Shown: piece after piece, positions 24,337 through 33,090 of the stretch
How the letters are laid out: each line of letters begins with the position of its first letter
Position numbering within the stretch: the first letter of the stretch is position 1
NCBI GenBank assembly: GCA_964426715.1
Contig: CAYRRQ010000002.1
Coordinates: forward strand, 1 to 46,682
DNA length: 46,682 bases
Direction: 5' to 3'
DNA from: an uncultured Methanosarcinales archaeon
Lineage (GTDB): Archaea; Nanobdellota; Nanobdellia; Woesearchaeales; SM23-78
Translations under genes and position numbers: made by a program
Notes under the pieces: model-generated
The model's input: only the letters and a program-made list of their open reading frames with translations
What the model was told of the DNA's origin: nothing
Database searches by the model: none

Positions 24337-26658
24337 ATGAAAGGCTTTATAGTCCATCCCAAGTATGAGGTGAGGAATGGGAAAGCTCATGTTCATTTGT
24401 ACGGCAGGCTTGAGAATAATGATTCCTTTGTAGCAATCAACGAGTTCAGGCCTTATTTCTTTATCAAAAAATCCGACCTTAAAAAAGCCCTGAAAATCAG
24501 CAGGGTTGATTATGAAGACGCGGGCAAGGTCAAGCTCAAGAATTTCAAGGGTAAGCCTGTTGTAAAACTGGTGTTTGACATCCCCTCCCAGGTAAAAGAG
24601 TTCAGGGACAGACTATTGGAAGAGAAGATTAAGTGCTACGAGGCTGACATTCGCTTTGAGTACAGGTTCATGTTTGACAAGCGCCTGCAGGGAGGAGTAG
24701 ACATAAGAGGAGATTATAAAAAAGGTGATTTCACTGACAGGGTTTATGAGAATCCAGAGCTCTCACCAGCAGATTATTGCCCTGAGAACCTTAAGGTGTT
24801 GGGCATTGACATTGAGACTGACAAAAAGGTGAAGGAGCTTTACTCAATCTCTTTGTACTCAAATGATTTTAAAAAGGTTATTATTCGTTCTGACAAGAAG
24901 CTGAAAAACGCGGTTAATGTCAAGAACGAGAGGGAAATCCTCTTGAGGTTCCAGGACTTGCTCGTGAAGCATGACCCTGACATCATAACAGGCTGGAACG
25001 TGATAGACTTTGACCTCAGGTTTCTCCAGGACAAGTTCAGGCATTATAATATTCCTTTTAAACTGGGCAGAAGCACTTCTGAGTGCAGGCTCAGAATCTT
25101 TCAGAATTTTCTGAGGGATTCAAGGGCTGACTTTGCAGGCAGGATGGTGCTGGACGGCATATATACCTTAAAGAATAATTTTATTGGTTTGCCTGACTAC
25201 AAGCTGGAAACAGCAGCCAACACTTTCCTAGAGGATTCCAAGATTTTTAAGGGTGAGGAACGATACACCAGGATTGAGAAGGCTTTTAAGGATGACCCTC
25301 AGTTATTAGTGGATTACAACCTGCAGGATTCAAAGCTCGCACATGACATATTATACAAGAGCGGTGCTTTTGAGCTCTCAATCCAGCGCTCCCTGCTAAC
25401 AGGCATGCCCCTGGATAGGGTGAGTGCGAGCATTGCCAGCCTGGACTCATTGTACCTTAAGGAGCTCAGGAAAAGGGGTTTTGTAGCGCCCACCTCCTTG
25501 TACTCCCAGGATGCTGAGCGTGGTAAGGGCGGCTATGTTATGAATCCTAAGCCAGGCATATACAACTATGTTATTGTGTGTGATTTTAAGAGCCTGTATC
25601 CCAGCATAATCCGCACTTTTAATATTGACCCTCTCGGCTTTGTGCATGGCTGCAAGGGAAAAAACCTGGTCAAGGCGCCTAATGGCGCTTGTTTCAGGAA
25701 TGAAGATGGGGTTCTTCCCATGATTATTCAGGGATTATGGGAGCAGAGGGATAAGGCCAGGAAGCAGAAAGACGAGCTGGCCAGGTATGCTATTAAGATA
25801 CTCATGAACTCGTTCTTCGGAGTGCTGGGAAACGAGAACTGCAGGTTTCATAACAAGGACATAAGCAATGCAATAACCTATTTTGGCCAGAGCCTGATAA
25901 AGTTGACTGCAAAGAAAATAAGGGATATGAACTACGAAGTGATATACGGTGACACTGACAGCGTGTTCATCAACCTCGATGTTAACAACTACAAGGAAGC
26001 AGCGCGTACAGGAAAAGAGATTGCAGACAAGTTGAACTCGTTTTTTAGCAAGTATACCAGGGAGGAGTACGAGCGCAGGAACTTCTTGGACCTGGAGTTT
26101 GAGAAGGTGTACAAGCGTTTCTTAATGCCCAGGATTAGGCGTTCAGAAATCGGGAGCAAGAAGCGCTACGCAGGCCTGTTAATAGATGAAAAGGGCAAGG
26201 AGAAAATGGATATTGTGGGCTTGGAGTTTGTGAGACGGGACTGGACTATTGTTGCCAGGCACTTCCAGCAGGAATTGCTTGACAGGATATTTCACAAGAA
26301 AGAAGTTGCAGACTATGTGAAGAAGCTGGTGGACGAGGTAAAGCAGGGCAAGCATGATGACCAGCTGGTTTACAGGAAGGCACTGAGAAAACCTGTTGAT
26401 GAATACGTGAAGACTACGCCACCGCATGTCAAGGCTGCCAAGATTCTGGGAGACGACCTTAAAAGCAACCTAATAGAGTATGTGATTACCAAGAACGGGC
26501 CTGAGCCTGTGCAAAAGCAGAAGCACAGCATTGACTACGAGCACTATATTGAGAAGCAGCTCAAGCCAATTGCAGATTCTATTCTCGTGTTCTACAACAC
26601 GTCTTTTGACGACGTCTTAAAAGGAAGTTCTCAGAAAAAACTCTTGGGTTTTGAATGA
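24337..26658 (+). CDS. polB: Family-B DNA polymerase
   Basis: Exo motifs 'LGIDIETD' and 'ITGWNVIDFDLRFL'. Pol motifs 'DFKSLYPSII', 'KILMNSFFGVLG' and 'VIYGDTDSVF'. No intein. Confidence 0.95.
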   Translation: MKGFIVHPKYEVRNGKAHVHLYGRLENNDSFVAINEFRPYFFIKKSDLKKALKISRVDYEDAGKVKLKNFKGKPVVKLVFDIPSQVKEFRDRLLEEKIKCYEADIRFEYRFMFDKRLQGGVDIRGDYKKGDFTDRVYENPELSPADYCPENLKVLGIDIETDKKVKELYSISLYSNDFKKVIIRSDKKLKNAVNVKNEREILLRFQDLLVKHDPDIITGWNVIDFDLRFLQDKFRHYNIPFKLGRSTSECRLRIFQNFLRDSRADFAGRMVLDGIYTLKNNFIGLPDYKLETAANTFLEDSKIFKGEERYTRIEKAFKDDPQLLVDYNLQDSKLAHDILYKSGAFELSIQRSLLTGMPLDRVSASIASLDSLYLKELRKRGFVAPTSLYSQDAERGKGGYVMNPKPGIYNYVIVCDFKSLYPSIIRTFNIDPLGFVHGCKGKNLVKAPNGACFRNEDGVLPMIIQGLWEQRDKARKQKDELARYAIKILMNSFFGVLGNENCRFHNKDISNAITYFGQSLIKLTAKKIRDMNYEVIYGDTDSVFINLDVNNYKEAARTGKEIADKLNSFFSKYTREEYERRNFLDLEFEKVYKRFLMPRIRRSEIGSKKRYAGLLIDEKGKEKMDIVGLEFVRRDWTIVARHFQQELLDRIFHKKEVADYVKKLVDEVKQGKHDDQLVYRKALRKPVDEYVKTTPPHVKAAKILGDDLKSNLIEYVITKNGPEPVQKQKHSIDYEHYIEKQLKPIADSILVFYNTSFDDVLKGSSQKKLLGFE

Positions 26659-26667
26659 GTTGTTTTA

Positions 26668-26869
26668 GTTAAGACCTACTCTGCTTTGCTCACTGAAAAA
26701 CCGTTCGCAAAACTTCGCCGATACAAAAATGAAAAACATTTTTGAATGTGCAAAATAAAAAAATTTGCACACACCTTGCAAGTTTGCAATTTTAATTGTA
26801 ATCTCCAAAAACTTGTTTTTGATGGTTTACGTTGTAAACGTTGCAACTGAAGACAGCGACGGTCTTGAC
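26668..26869 (+). repeat. Structured intergenic repeat, family F, copy 1
   Basis: Arms GTTAAGACC / GGTCTTGAC. The 5' core is TACTCTGCTTTGCTCAC and the 3' core is GAAGACAGCGACGG. It shares CTTGCAAGTTT and GTAAAC(G/A)TTGCAA(C/A)TGAAG with copy 3. Confidence 0.7.
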
Positions 26870-26895
26870 ATCGCCTTTAAATTCATAATATTAGA

Positions 26896-27168
26896 TCAAA
26901 TCAGGCTTATATAGCCGGGTTCAGGCTCTGTTATGAGGTGGTCGTCTTTTAGCAGTCCAATTATTCTTTCAATCTCTGTTTCTGTCATTCCTTCTGCCTG
27001 GGCTTCGAGCAGAATGCTTTCTTTCTGCACCTTTTTTCTCTTCTTGGTAATCATGTTGTTGATTATGTTCATTAGTTTTATCTTGTTGTCTGTTTCTGAC
27101 TCATTGGTTACTGAGCGCAGTGTCATCCTCTGGATGCGCATTAGTTCTTCAAATTCGTCCGGGTCCAT
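26896..27168 (-). CDS. Small protein resembling the C-terminal winged-helix domain of MCM
   Basis: 'ESILLEAQAEGMTETEIERIIGLLKDDHLITEPEPGYISLI' resembles the MCM C-terminal pattern '...EEKVEELIRILKDKGAIFEPARGYLKIV', recalled from M. thermautotrophicus MCM. Confidence 0.5.
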   Translation of the reverse strand: MDPDEFEELMRIQRMTLRSVTNESETDNKIKLMNIINNMITKKRKKVQKESILLEAQAEGMTETEIERIIGLLKDDHLITEPEPGYISLI

Positions 27169-27332
27169 CTTGCTTGCTTAGAGGCGGGGGGTTTTTTTAG
27201 CTAACATTGTTAATACTACGATGTAATGTTATCCTGACCCCCTTATACAGGTTAGAAGGCTTGCCCCATATAAATAGTTTTCGCTATTAACATACTTTTA
27301 TGTATATCATTCCTTTTTTTGCTTCTCTCTCC

Positions 27333-28040
27333 TCAATTATCTTCTGACAGAACCTGCTTATAAACTTCTTCCTTGTCAAGGCTTAATCCCTGCTTGTTAA
27401 AATAATTGACAATGTTCTTCAAGTCCCGTCTAAGAAAATCATCTGCCTGTGGATGGCTGGTAGTCGTGGCCTGGCTCCAGTCAATAAATACAGGCTCCTG
27501 CTCATGGTTAAGGATGTTGAACTCTGAGAGGTCTGCGTGCACTAAGCCGGCCTTGTAGAGCTTCTTAACATTGTCCAATACTTTTTCAAAGAAAACCCTA
27601 GGATTATTCATTTCAGAGTCCTTGAGCATGGGAGCAGGTATTCTGCATCCTATTAACTTCATTAAGAGCACATTATCCTTTACAGCAATGGGCGCCGGAA
27701 CCTTCATAACCTCTCTTGCTTTTAGCAGGTTCCTGTACTCCCTCTGGACCCAAGAGAATATTACCAGGCGCCGTCTCTTTTTAATACCAGCATATCTTGG
27801 GTCAGGTGCAATGTACTCGTACATCTTATTAAAATTACAGTTTTCAACCCTGTAAATCTTGGCGATTATCCAGTGCCTGCCCTTCACAGCAGTGAACACA
27901 TTAGATTCCTTGCCAAGCGCAACAGGACTCTTAAGCTCTTCAAAATGTCCCTGGTTGCTCAGCTTGTGAATATTCCTCAGAGTAGCATTGTCAAACACGT
28001 TCTTGTAAACCTTCCATTCTTCACGTGATTTTTTGGGCAT
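27333..28040 (-). CDS. rio1: RIO-type serine protein kinase (Rio1-like, no N-terminal wHTH)
   Basis: Motifs 'LGKESNVFTA', 'LVHADLSEFNIL' and 'FIDWSQA'. Confidence 0.9.
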   Translation of the reverse strand: MPKKSREEWKVYKNVFDNATLRNIHKLSNQGHFEELKSPVALGKESNVFTAVKGRHWIIAKIYRVENCNFNKMYEYIAPDPRYAGIKKRRRLVIFSWVQREYRNLLKAREVMKVPAPIAVKDNVLLMKLIGCRIPAPMLKDSEMNNPRVFFEKVLDNVKKLYKAGLVHADLSEFNILNHEQEPVFIDWSQATTTSHPQADDFLRRDLKNIVNYFNKQGLSLDKEEVYKQVLSEDN

Positions 28041-28095
28041 GTGGATAAGATAAAAGCAAGGACTATAAAAAATTAATTAAAAAATGGCGGCGTCC

Positions 28096-28213
28096 CAGAG
28101 TCCTACTTTGCTTTGCTCGTTAAAGCCCTTACTCACAAAGCTCCGTCGCGCCGCCATTATTTGCCAAAAACAAAGAAGTGGCAGTGGAGGCGGCGACGGC
28201 CTCTAGGACTCGG
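28096..28213 (+). repeat. Structured intergenic repeat, family F, copy 2 (GC-rich)
   Basis: Arms (CA)GAGTCCT / AGGACTC(GG). The core is ACTTTGCTTTGCTCG. The inner helix is CCGTCGCGCCGCC / GGCGGCGACGG. An alternative helix AATGGCGGCG (28083-28092) / CGCCGCCATT (28149-28158) is also possible. Confidence 0.7.
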
Positions 28214-28268
28214 CCTAAGAGGTAATGAAAACTAGATAAAGTAAAAACTAAATAAATAAAACTTTCTC

Positions 28269-29537
28269 TTACAAGTCATCGCTGGTAAGGATGTACACTT
28301 GATTGCTGGTTTTCACCTTGGTATCCATGCCTACCAGGAAGTTGACATTGGCTCTTTCTGCTGTGCTCACAATGTCCTTCTCGATAACTCCGTCAAACAC
28401 TACTGCGTATATGCCTGATTTAAGGCTTTTTATAGTGCCCTGGAGTTCTGACAAGGGTACCTTGCCGAGTATGTTCAGTTTCTGGTCGAGTATATAGGCT
28501 CCTCTTGTTCCTATGAGGTCTTCGAGCATCTCATTAAAGGCTTCTTTTTCCTTTGGAGTCGGTGCCCTGGGCTTGGAACCAGGCGAACCCGAGGCTGGTC
28601 TCTGTCCAGAACTTGAGTATCCCGGGCGCTTGCTCTTAAATCCTTTTTTGGACTTGGAGTCAGCCCTGCTCTTACCCTTGAAATTATTATTGTCGTTTTT
28701 TTTAGTCTGAATCTCGCTCTTGGCCTGTTCAAAAGCAATCCTGCTCCTCAAGGCCTTGTGCAGTTCTTTCTTGGTTAACTCCTCCACTTCCTTGCCGTCA
28801 GGCGCCTTGGTGACAAAGTCTATGTCCCCTGCACCTGCGAGCTCTTTTATTATGAGGTCTCCGCCCCTGTCTCCATCCACAAAGACAGTTATGGTTTTCT
28901 TCTTGCTCAGCTCAATTATGGTCTGGGGTATGTTGGTGCCGTTCATAGCCACTACGTTCTTAAACCCGTGTTTCAGCATGTTAAGCACGTCTGCTCTTCC
29001 CTCGACTACGATGAGCTCATCGCTCTCATCAACTCCAGGCCCTGCAGGCAGTCTTTCCTTGCCATACTCCTGTATCTCCATTACTCTGACAGCGTATGCT
29101 ACTTCGTCTGCGAGTTCCTGGCTGTCTGGCATAGATGATTCTATTAGGGACTTTAGAAGTGTCTTGGCCCTGTCCACTACGAACTGCCTCTTGGACACTC
29201 TGACATCCTCTATCTTGGTAACCTTAATCTTTGCATTGCAAGGCCCTATTCTCTGGATGACTTCTAGGCTGGCAGCCACAATGCTGGTCTCTGCTTTGTC
29301 CAAGGAGCTCGGAATGGTTATGGTTCCCTGGGTCTTGCCGCCTGTAGTATCAACCTTTACTTCTATTCTTCCTATTCTTCCGCTTCTCTGAAGCTCTCTT
29401 AGCTCCAGGTCGCTTCCCAGGAGCCCCTCGGTCTGGCCGAATATTGCCCCTATTACATCGGGCCTGTCCACTGCGCCGTCTATCTGTATGTTTGAATGAA
29501 CAATATATTTTGCTGACACTTGCGCTATTTTCGCCAT
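28269..29537 (-). CDS. dnaG: Archaeal DnaG primase-like Toprim protein
   Basis: N-terminal 'DRPDVIGAIFGQTEGLLG'. Toprim motifs 'IVVEGRADV' and 'VFVDGDRGGDLI'. There is a basic S/G/K-rich insert. Confidence 0.9.
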   Translation of the reverse strand: MAKIAQVSAKYIVHSNIQIDGAVDRPDVIGAIFGQTEGLLGSDLELRELQRSGRIGRIEVKVDTTGGKTQGTITIPSSLDKAETSIVAASLEVIQRIGPCNAKIKVTKIEDVRVSKRQFVVDRAKTLLKSLIESSMPDSQELADEVAYAVRVMEIQEYGKERLPAGPGVDESDELIVVEGRADVLNMLKHGFKNVVAMNGTNIPQTIIELSKKKTITVFVDGDRGGDLIIKELAGAGDIDFVTKAPDGKEVEELTKKELHKALRSRIAFEQAKSEIQTKKNDNNNFKGKSRADSKSKKGFKSKRPGYSSSGQRPASGSPGSKPRAPTPKEKEAFNEMLEDLIGTRGAYILDQKLNILGKVPLSELQGTIKSLKSGIYAVVFDGVIEKDIVSTAERANVNFLVGMDTKVKTSNQVYILTSDDL

Positions 29538-29596
29538 TGTTAATCACCTTTCTTATTATCTTCTAAATTTCTTTAATCACTTAATCTGTTTTTTCA

Positions 29597-29877
29597 GAAG
29601 GAGTTCATGGCTTATCGCTTATCTCTGTCTAAGCATCCTGATAAACCAAGTACATGTATTCTTGGGTAAATGCTTGATAAGCATATGATTATTACTCCTT
29701 CTTCAGAACAAGCACTTATCTTTACTTGATTTTAACATCCCTTTAAGGGAGGTGGCACTCTCCTTTTAATCCGACTCCCCTAACTCATCCTCTTTGTCCT
29801 TTATCTTAAAGTAAAATATGAAGTAATAAGGAATGATGGTGCTTGTTCCTTAACTATCGTTGGTCTGTAACAAGCAT
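29597..29877. ncRNA. Candidate structured RNA / regulatory region upstream of dnaG (identity unknown)
   Basis: A nested hairpin spans 29597-29701: GAAGGAGT/ACTCCTTC, GCTTATC/GATAAGC, AAGCAT/ATGCTT, CCAAG/CTTGG. A 10-bp long-range helix pairs GAACAAGCAC (29706-29715) with GTGCTTGTTC (29839-29848). A competing helix pairs TGCTTGTT with AACAAGCA (29870-29877). Confidence 0.3.
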
Positions 29878-30040
29878 GCCTTGTAAGCATGCATTGACAA
29901 ATATGAATGGTTTGTAGCCCAACACTAACTCACGATGCTCATAGCCAAAGGCTTGTGCGCCTGGGCTCGCATGAGCAACTCTATGCCGGGCTTAAAAACA
30001 AGGAATATGCAGGTGTTTTTAAAGTTTTGGGTTTGGGGGC

Positions 30041-30155
30041 GTTTGTCGCAGAATACGTCGCTACCTTCATTTGCAATGTTTACTGTGTTTTTGTAAACTT
30101 GCAAGACGCGATGGAGCTTTGCAAAGCAAAGCGTAATAGTAATTCTGTGACAAAC
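30041..30155 (-). repeat. Structured intergenic repeat, family F, copy 3 (inverted orientation)
   Basis: Read on the minus strand, the arms are GTTTGTCACAGAAT / ATTCTGCGACAAAC. The core is TACTATTACGCTTTGCTTTGC and the 3' core is GAAGGTAGCGACG. Confidence 0.7.
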
Positions 30156-30173
30156 TCGTTTAGGCAGGGTGCT

Positions 30174-30320
30174 GTCCTGAATACGCTCGCATATGCTCGT
30201 TTGCGTCAGTTCGCATTGAAAAAATTAGGAATAATTGATAATAAGAATTTTTTATTCCTCAGAGTTTCTTACGAGGAATTCTGGCAGTGCTCACAGGTTA
30301 ATGACGCTAATATTCAGAAC
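30174..30320. repeat. MITE-like palindromic element, copy 2 (inverted partner of 10418-10567)
   Basis: Positions 30193-30317 are the exact reverse complement of 10421-10545. The flanking ~20 nt are similar but diverged. It directly abuts family-F copy 3. Confidence 0.85.
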
Positions 30321-30375
30321 AGCGACAATTTTTGCGACAACCAACCTTGCCTTATAGTAAGATAATAAGATAATA

Positions 30376-30384
30376 TTTATAAAA
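30376..30384 (+). promoter_or_regulatory. TATA box (TTTATAAAA) for the KH-domain gene
   Basis: The box is centred ~28 nt upstream of the ATG at 30409, which supports that ATG rather than the tracked TTG at 30391. Confidence 0.4.
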
Positions 30385-30408
30385 CATCAGTTGCTTCGCT
30401 TTTTTAGC

Positions 30409-31080
30409 ATGAAAAAGAAAACGCCGGGCGCAGCAAAAACCGGGCACTCAAAAGGCGAAAAATCAAGAGGCAAAGAATCAGGAGGCAGGAAATCAAGAGC
30501 CGGGCAGTTAGAAGATGAGCAGGTGGGCGAAGTTTATTCTTATACTGTCAAAATTCCTTTGGACCGCGTAGCTGTGCTTATAGGTGTGAAAGGAAGCGAG
30601 AAAAAGGAACTTGAGGATTACTCGCACGCATCTATTAATGTGGACTCAAAAGAAGGCGATGTCACTATAACAGGCAAGGACCCTCTCAGGCTTTACTCTC
30701 TTAGGGAAGTGGTGCGCGCAATAGCCAGGGGTTTTAATCCTGACAAGGCAAAACTCCTTCTTAAGCCAGATTACATGCTTGAAATCATAAGCCTTAAGGA
30801 TTACGGCCTGGTCAAGCCCAGCCACGCCCGCAGGGTCAAGGCAAGGATTATTGGCACACGGGGCAAGGCAAGAAGAGCCTTGGAAGACTTAACTGGTACT
30901 GCTCTCAGTGTTTATGGCAAGACTATCAGCATACTGGGGTACTGCGATGACGTGGCCAATGCAAAGAAGGCAGTAGAGATGCTTGTCCAGGGCAGCATGC
31001 ACGCAACAGTGTATAAGTGGCTTGAGGATTATAAGAGGAAGACTAGGATGGTCCAGAATGATTTGAAGGTTTCTGAATAA
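30409..31080 (+). CDS. KH-domain RNA-binding protein (archaeal Dim2/Pno1-like) with basic N-terminal tail
   Basis: Two KH-like segments: 'VKIPLDRVAVLIGVKGSEKKELED' and 'RIIGTRGKARRALEDLTG'. Confidence 0.8.
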   Translation: MKKKTPGAAKTGHSKGEKSRGKESGGRKSRAGQLEDEQVGEVYSYTVKIPLDRVAVLIGVKGSEKKELEDYSHASINVDSKEGDVTITGKDPLRLYSLREVVRAIARGFNPDKAKLLLKPDYMLEIISLKDYGLVKPSHARRVKARIIGTRGKARRALEDLTGTALSVYGKTISILGYCDDVANAKKAVEMLVQGSMHATVYKWLEDYKRKTRMVQNDLKVSE

Positions 31081-31107
31081 AAAATTATGGTTCTCTATTA
31101 TTGTGTT

Positions 31108-31233
31108 GAAAAAGTTCTACTTCACTTACCATAACCCTATACTCCGTATAGGAACATGGATAAGTTTTGTCTGGCCTTGCCATTGTTAACAAAAAAAGTT
31201 AACAAGACAACAATGGCACAGACAAACTTTTTC
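31108..31233 (+). repeat. Structured intergenic repeat, family F, copy 4
   Basis: Arms GAAAAAGTT (31108-31116) / AACTTTTTC (31225-31233), followed by CTACTTC. Hairpin ACTTACCAT/ATGGATAAGT. Block TGTCTGGCCTTGCCAT. 3' core AATGGCACAGAC. Confidence 0.75.
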
Positions 31234-31279
31234 TTTACACTATTCCAGCCAAAAATCTTTTGATTCTGCTAGGCAAAGA

Positions 31280-31287
31280 TTTATAAA
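31280..31287 (+). promoter_or_regulatory. TATA box (TTTATAAA) for top6B; leaderless spacing
   Basis: The box is centred ~27 nt upstream of the ATG at 31311. Confidence 0.4.
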
Positions 31288-31310
31288 GGAGATATTCATC
31301 AATTATAGTC

Positions 31311-33074
31311 ATGGTTTCGACCAAGGCTTATGAGATGGCGAGCAAGCAGCGCGATATAAGCGTGGCAGAATTCTTTGAGAAGAACAGGCATCTGCTGGGC
31401 TTTGACAACACCAGGAAAGCGCTCCTGACCACTGTGAAAGAAGCAGTTGACAACTCCCTGGACGCTTGCGAGGAAGCAGACATAATACCTGAAATAGTTG
31501 TTGAAGTAATAGATATGGGCGATGACAGGTTCAGGATAATAGTGGAGGATAATGGTCCTGGCATTGTTAAGAGTCAGATTCCAAAGATATTTGCCAAGCT
31601 GCTTTATGGAAGCAAGTTTCACAGATTAAAGCAGAGCAGGGGTCAGCAGGGAATAGGCATAAGCGCGAGCGTTATGTACGCCCAGCTTACCACTGGCCGG
31701 CCTGCTAAGATACTCTCAAAAGTAGGGCCTGACAAGCCAGCCCATTACTATGAGCTGAAAATAGATACTGCTAGGAACAAGCCCCAGATACTTAAAGACG
31801 AGAAAGGAGAGAATGAAAACTCTCATGGCACCAGGGTAGAGATTGACCTTGAAGGAACTTATGTTAAGGGTAAGCAGAGCATAGACCAGTATCTTAAACA
31901 AACAGCTATTGTTAATCCTCATGTCAACATAACCTATGTTAACCCAAAGGCAGAGCAGATAATCTTTCCCAGAGTCACAGACAAGATGCCCAGACAGCCC
32001 ATAGAGATAAAACCCCATCCTGCTGGTGTGGAGCTGGGAATACTCCTGAAAATGCTTTCAGCAACGAGTTTCAGAACCCTCCAGGCATTCCTGACCAACG
32101 AGTTCTCAAGAGTGGGCTCAGGCACTGCCAAGCAGATATGCGAGAAAGCATTAATTCCTCCGAGCACAATACCCCGCAGGATTAAGAGGGGTGACGCAGA
32201 GAAGCTCATAAACGCTATCAAAAAAACCAAGATTATAACTCCGCCAACAGAGTGCATAAGCCCTATAGGCCAGGAGTTATTGGAAAAAGGTCTTCGCAAG
32301 GAGATAAACGCAGAGTATTACTGCGCAGTAACCCGCAAGCCAAGTGTTTACAGGGGCAACCCCTTTCAGGTAGAAGTCGCAATTGCTTATGGAGGAGACC
32401 AGACTGCAGAAGGCTCAGTCAACCTCCTGAGATTTGCCAACCGCGTGCCATTGTTATACCAGCAGAGTGCGTGCAGCATATTCAGAAGTGTGGCAGACAC
32501 TAATTGGCGCCCGTACGGCCTGAGCCAGAGCAACGGCTCCCTGCCTCAAGGCCCGGTAACCATAGCAGTACACATAGCCAGCGTGTGGGTGCCCTTTACA
32601 TCAGAGTCAAAAGAGGCTATTGCTCATTATCCTGAAATCATAAGCGAGCTGAAACTTGCTTTGCAAGAAGCAGGAAGGAAACTTAAGAAGTATACTGTGA
32701 AGAAGCGCAGGGTTAAGGAAGAACTTAAAAAAAGAAGTTTTATAGAGAAATATATTCCTCATGTTGCAGACGGACTCAGGGAAATACTTGATCTGAAAAG
32801 AATCGAGGTGAGCAGTGTAGAAAAAATTCTTAAGCAGATGCTTGAGAAAAAGAGGGGGAAGCTGGACAAGGTAGGCTTTGACCCCTCTGAGAACCCGGAT
32901 TATGATGAGGAATTTGCCCGCATAGGAAGCATAGGACGGGATGATGAGAAAAAACAAGAGCAGGAAGAAGCCTGGGAAAACGCCAAGGCAGATGACAGCG
33001 AAGAGAACGAACAAAAAAAAGAAGAAAAAGACCAGAAAGAAAACAAACAAGAAGCCAAGACAAAAAAGGAATAA
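31311..33074 (+). CDS. top6B: DNA topoisomerase VI subunit B with K/E-rich C-terminal tail
   Basis: GHKL motifs 'EAVDNSLDACEE' and 'VEDNGPGI', 'YGSKFHRLKQSRGQQGIG', and transducer 'ANRVPLLYQQSAC'. Confidence 0.95.
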   Translation: MVSTKAYEMASKQRDISVAEFFEKNRHLLGFDNTRKALLTTVKEAVDNSLDACEEADIIPEIVVEVIDMGDDRFRIIVEDNGPGIVKSQIPKIFAKLLYGSKFHRLKQSRGQQGIGISASVMYAQLTTGRPAKILSKVGPDKPAHYYELKIDTARNKPQILKDEKGENENSHGTRVEIDLEGTYVKGKQSIDQYLKQTAIVNPHVNITYVNPKAEQIIFPRVTDKMPRQPIEIKPHPAGVELGILLKMLSATSFRTLQAFLTNEFSRVGSGTAKQICEKALIPPSTIPRRIKRGDAEKLINAIKKTKIITPPTECISPIGQELLEKGLRKEINAEYYCAVTRKPSVYRGNPFQVEVAIAYGGDQTAEGSVNLLRFANRVPLLYQQSACSIFRSVADTNWRPYGLSQSNGSLPQGPVTIAVHIASVWVPFTSESKEAIAHYPEIISELKLALQEAGRKLKKYTVKKRRVKEELKKRSFIEKYIPHVADGLREILDLKRIEVSSVEKILKQMLEKKRGKLDKVGFDPSENPDYDEEFARIGSIGRDDEKKQEQEEAWENAKADDSEENEQKKEEKDQKENKQEAKTKKE

Positions 33075-33090
33075 GATCAGGATTAAAAAA

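Noticed and set aside
28720-29391. 223-aa plus-strand ORF
   Set aside because: It is antisense to dnaG, which has clear Toprim motifs. It is S/L/T-rich with no motifs.
29541-30040. RNase P RNA or SRP RNA in the long dnaG-KH spacer
   Set aside because: None of the universally conserved motifs I know are present on either strand: GAGGAAAGUCC, ACAGAA..GGCUUA, and the GGAAG..AGCA helix-8 motif. It is kept only as an unidentified structured region.
10568-30173. 19.6-kb segment between the inverted 125-bp repeats as a composite transposon or integrated element
   Set aside because: The segment carries essential single-copy-type genes (ABCE1, polB, dnaG, rio1, tRNA-Cys) and no integrase. The repeats are better explained as two copies of a small element. 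Inversion remains possible.
29907-30365. 152-aa plus-strand ORF in the dnaG-KH spacer
   Set aside because: It spans family-F copy 3 and the 125-bp MITE-like repeat. The same sequence occurs inverted at 10.4 kb, where it is not in an ORF. There is no start context. It is non-coding.
32941-33090. Lys-rich 50-aa N-terminal extension of top6A
   Set aside because: It is an alternative-frame reading of the K/E-rich tail of top6B. The ATG at 33091 follows the top6B stop by 16 nt and starts the conserved Top6A sequence.
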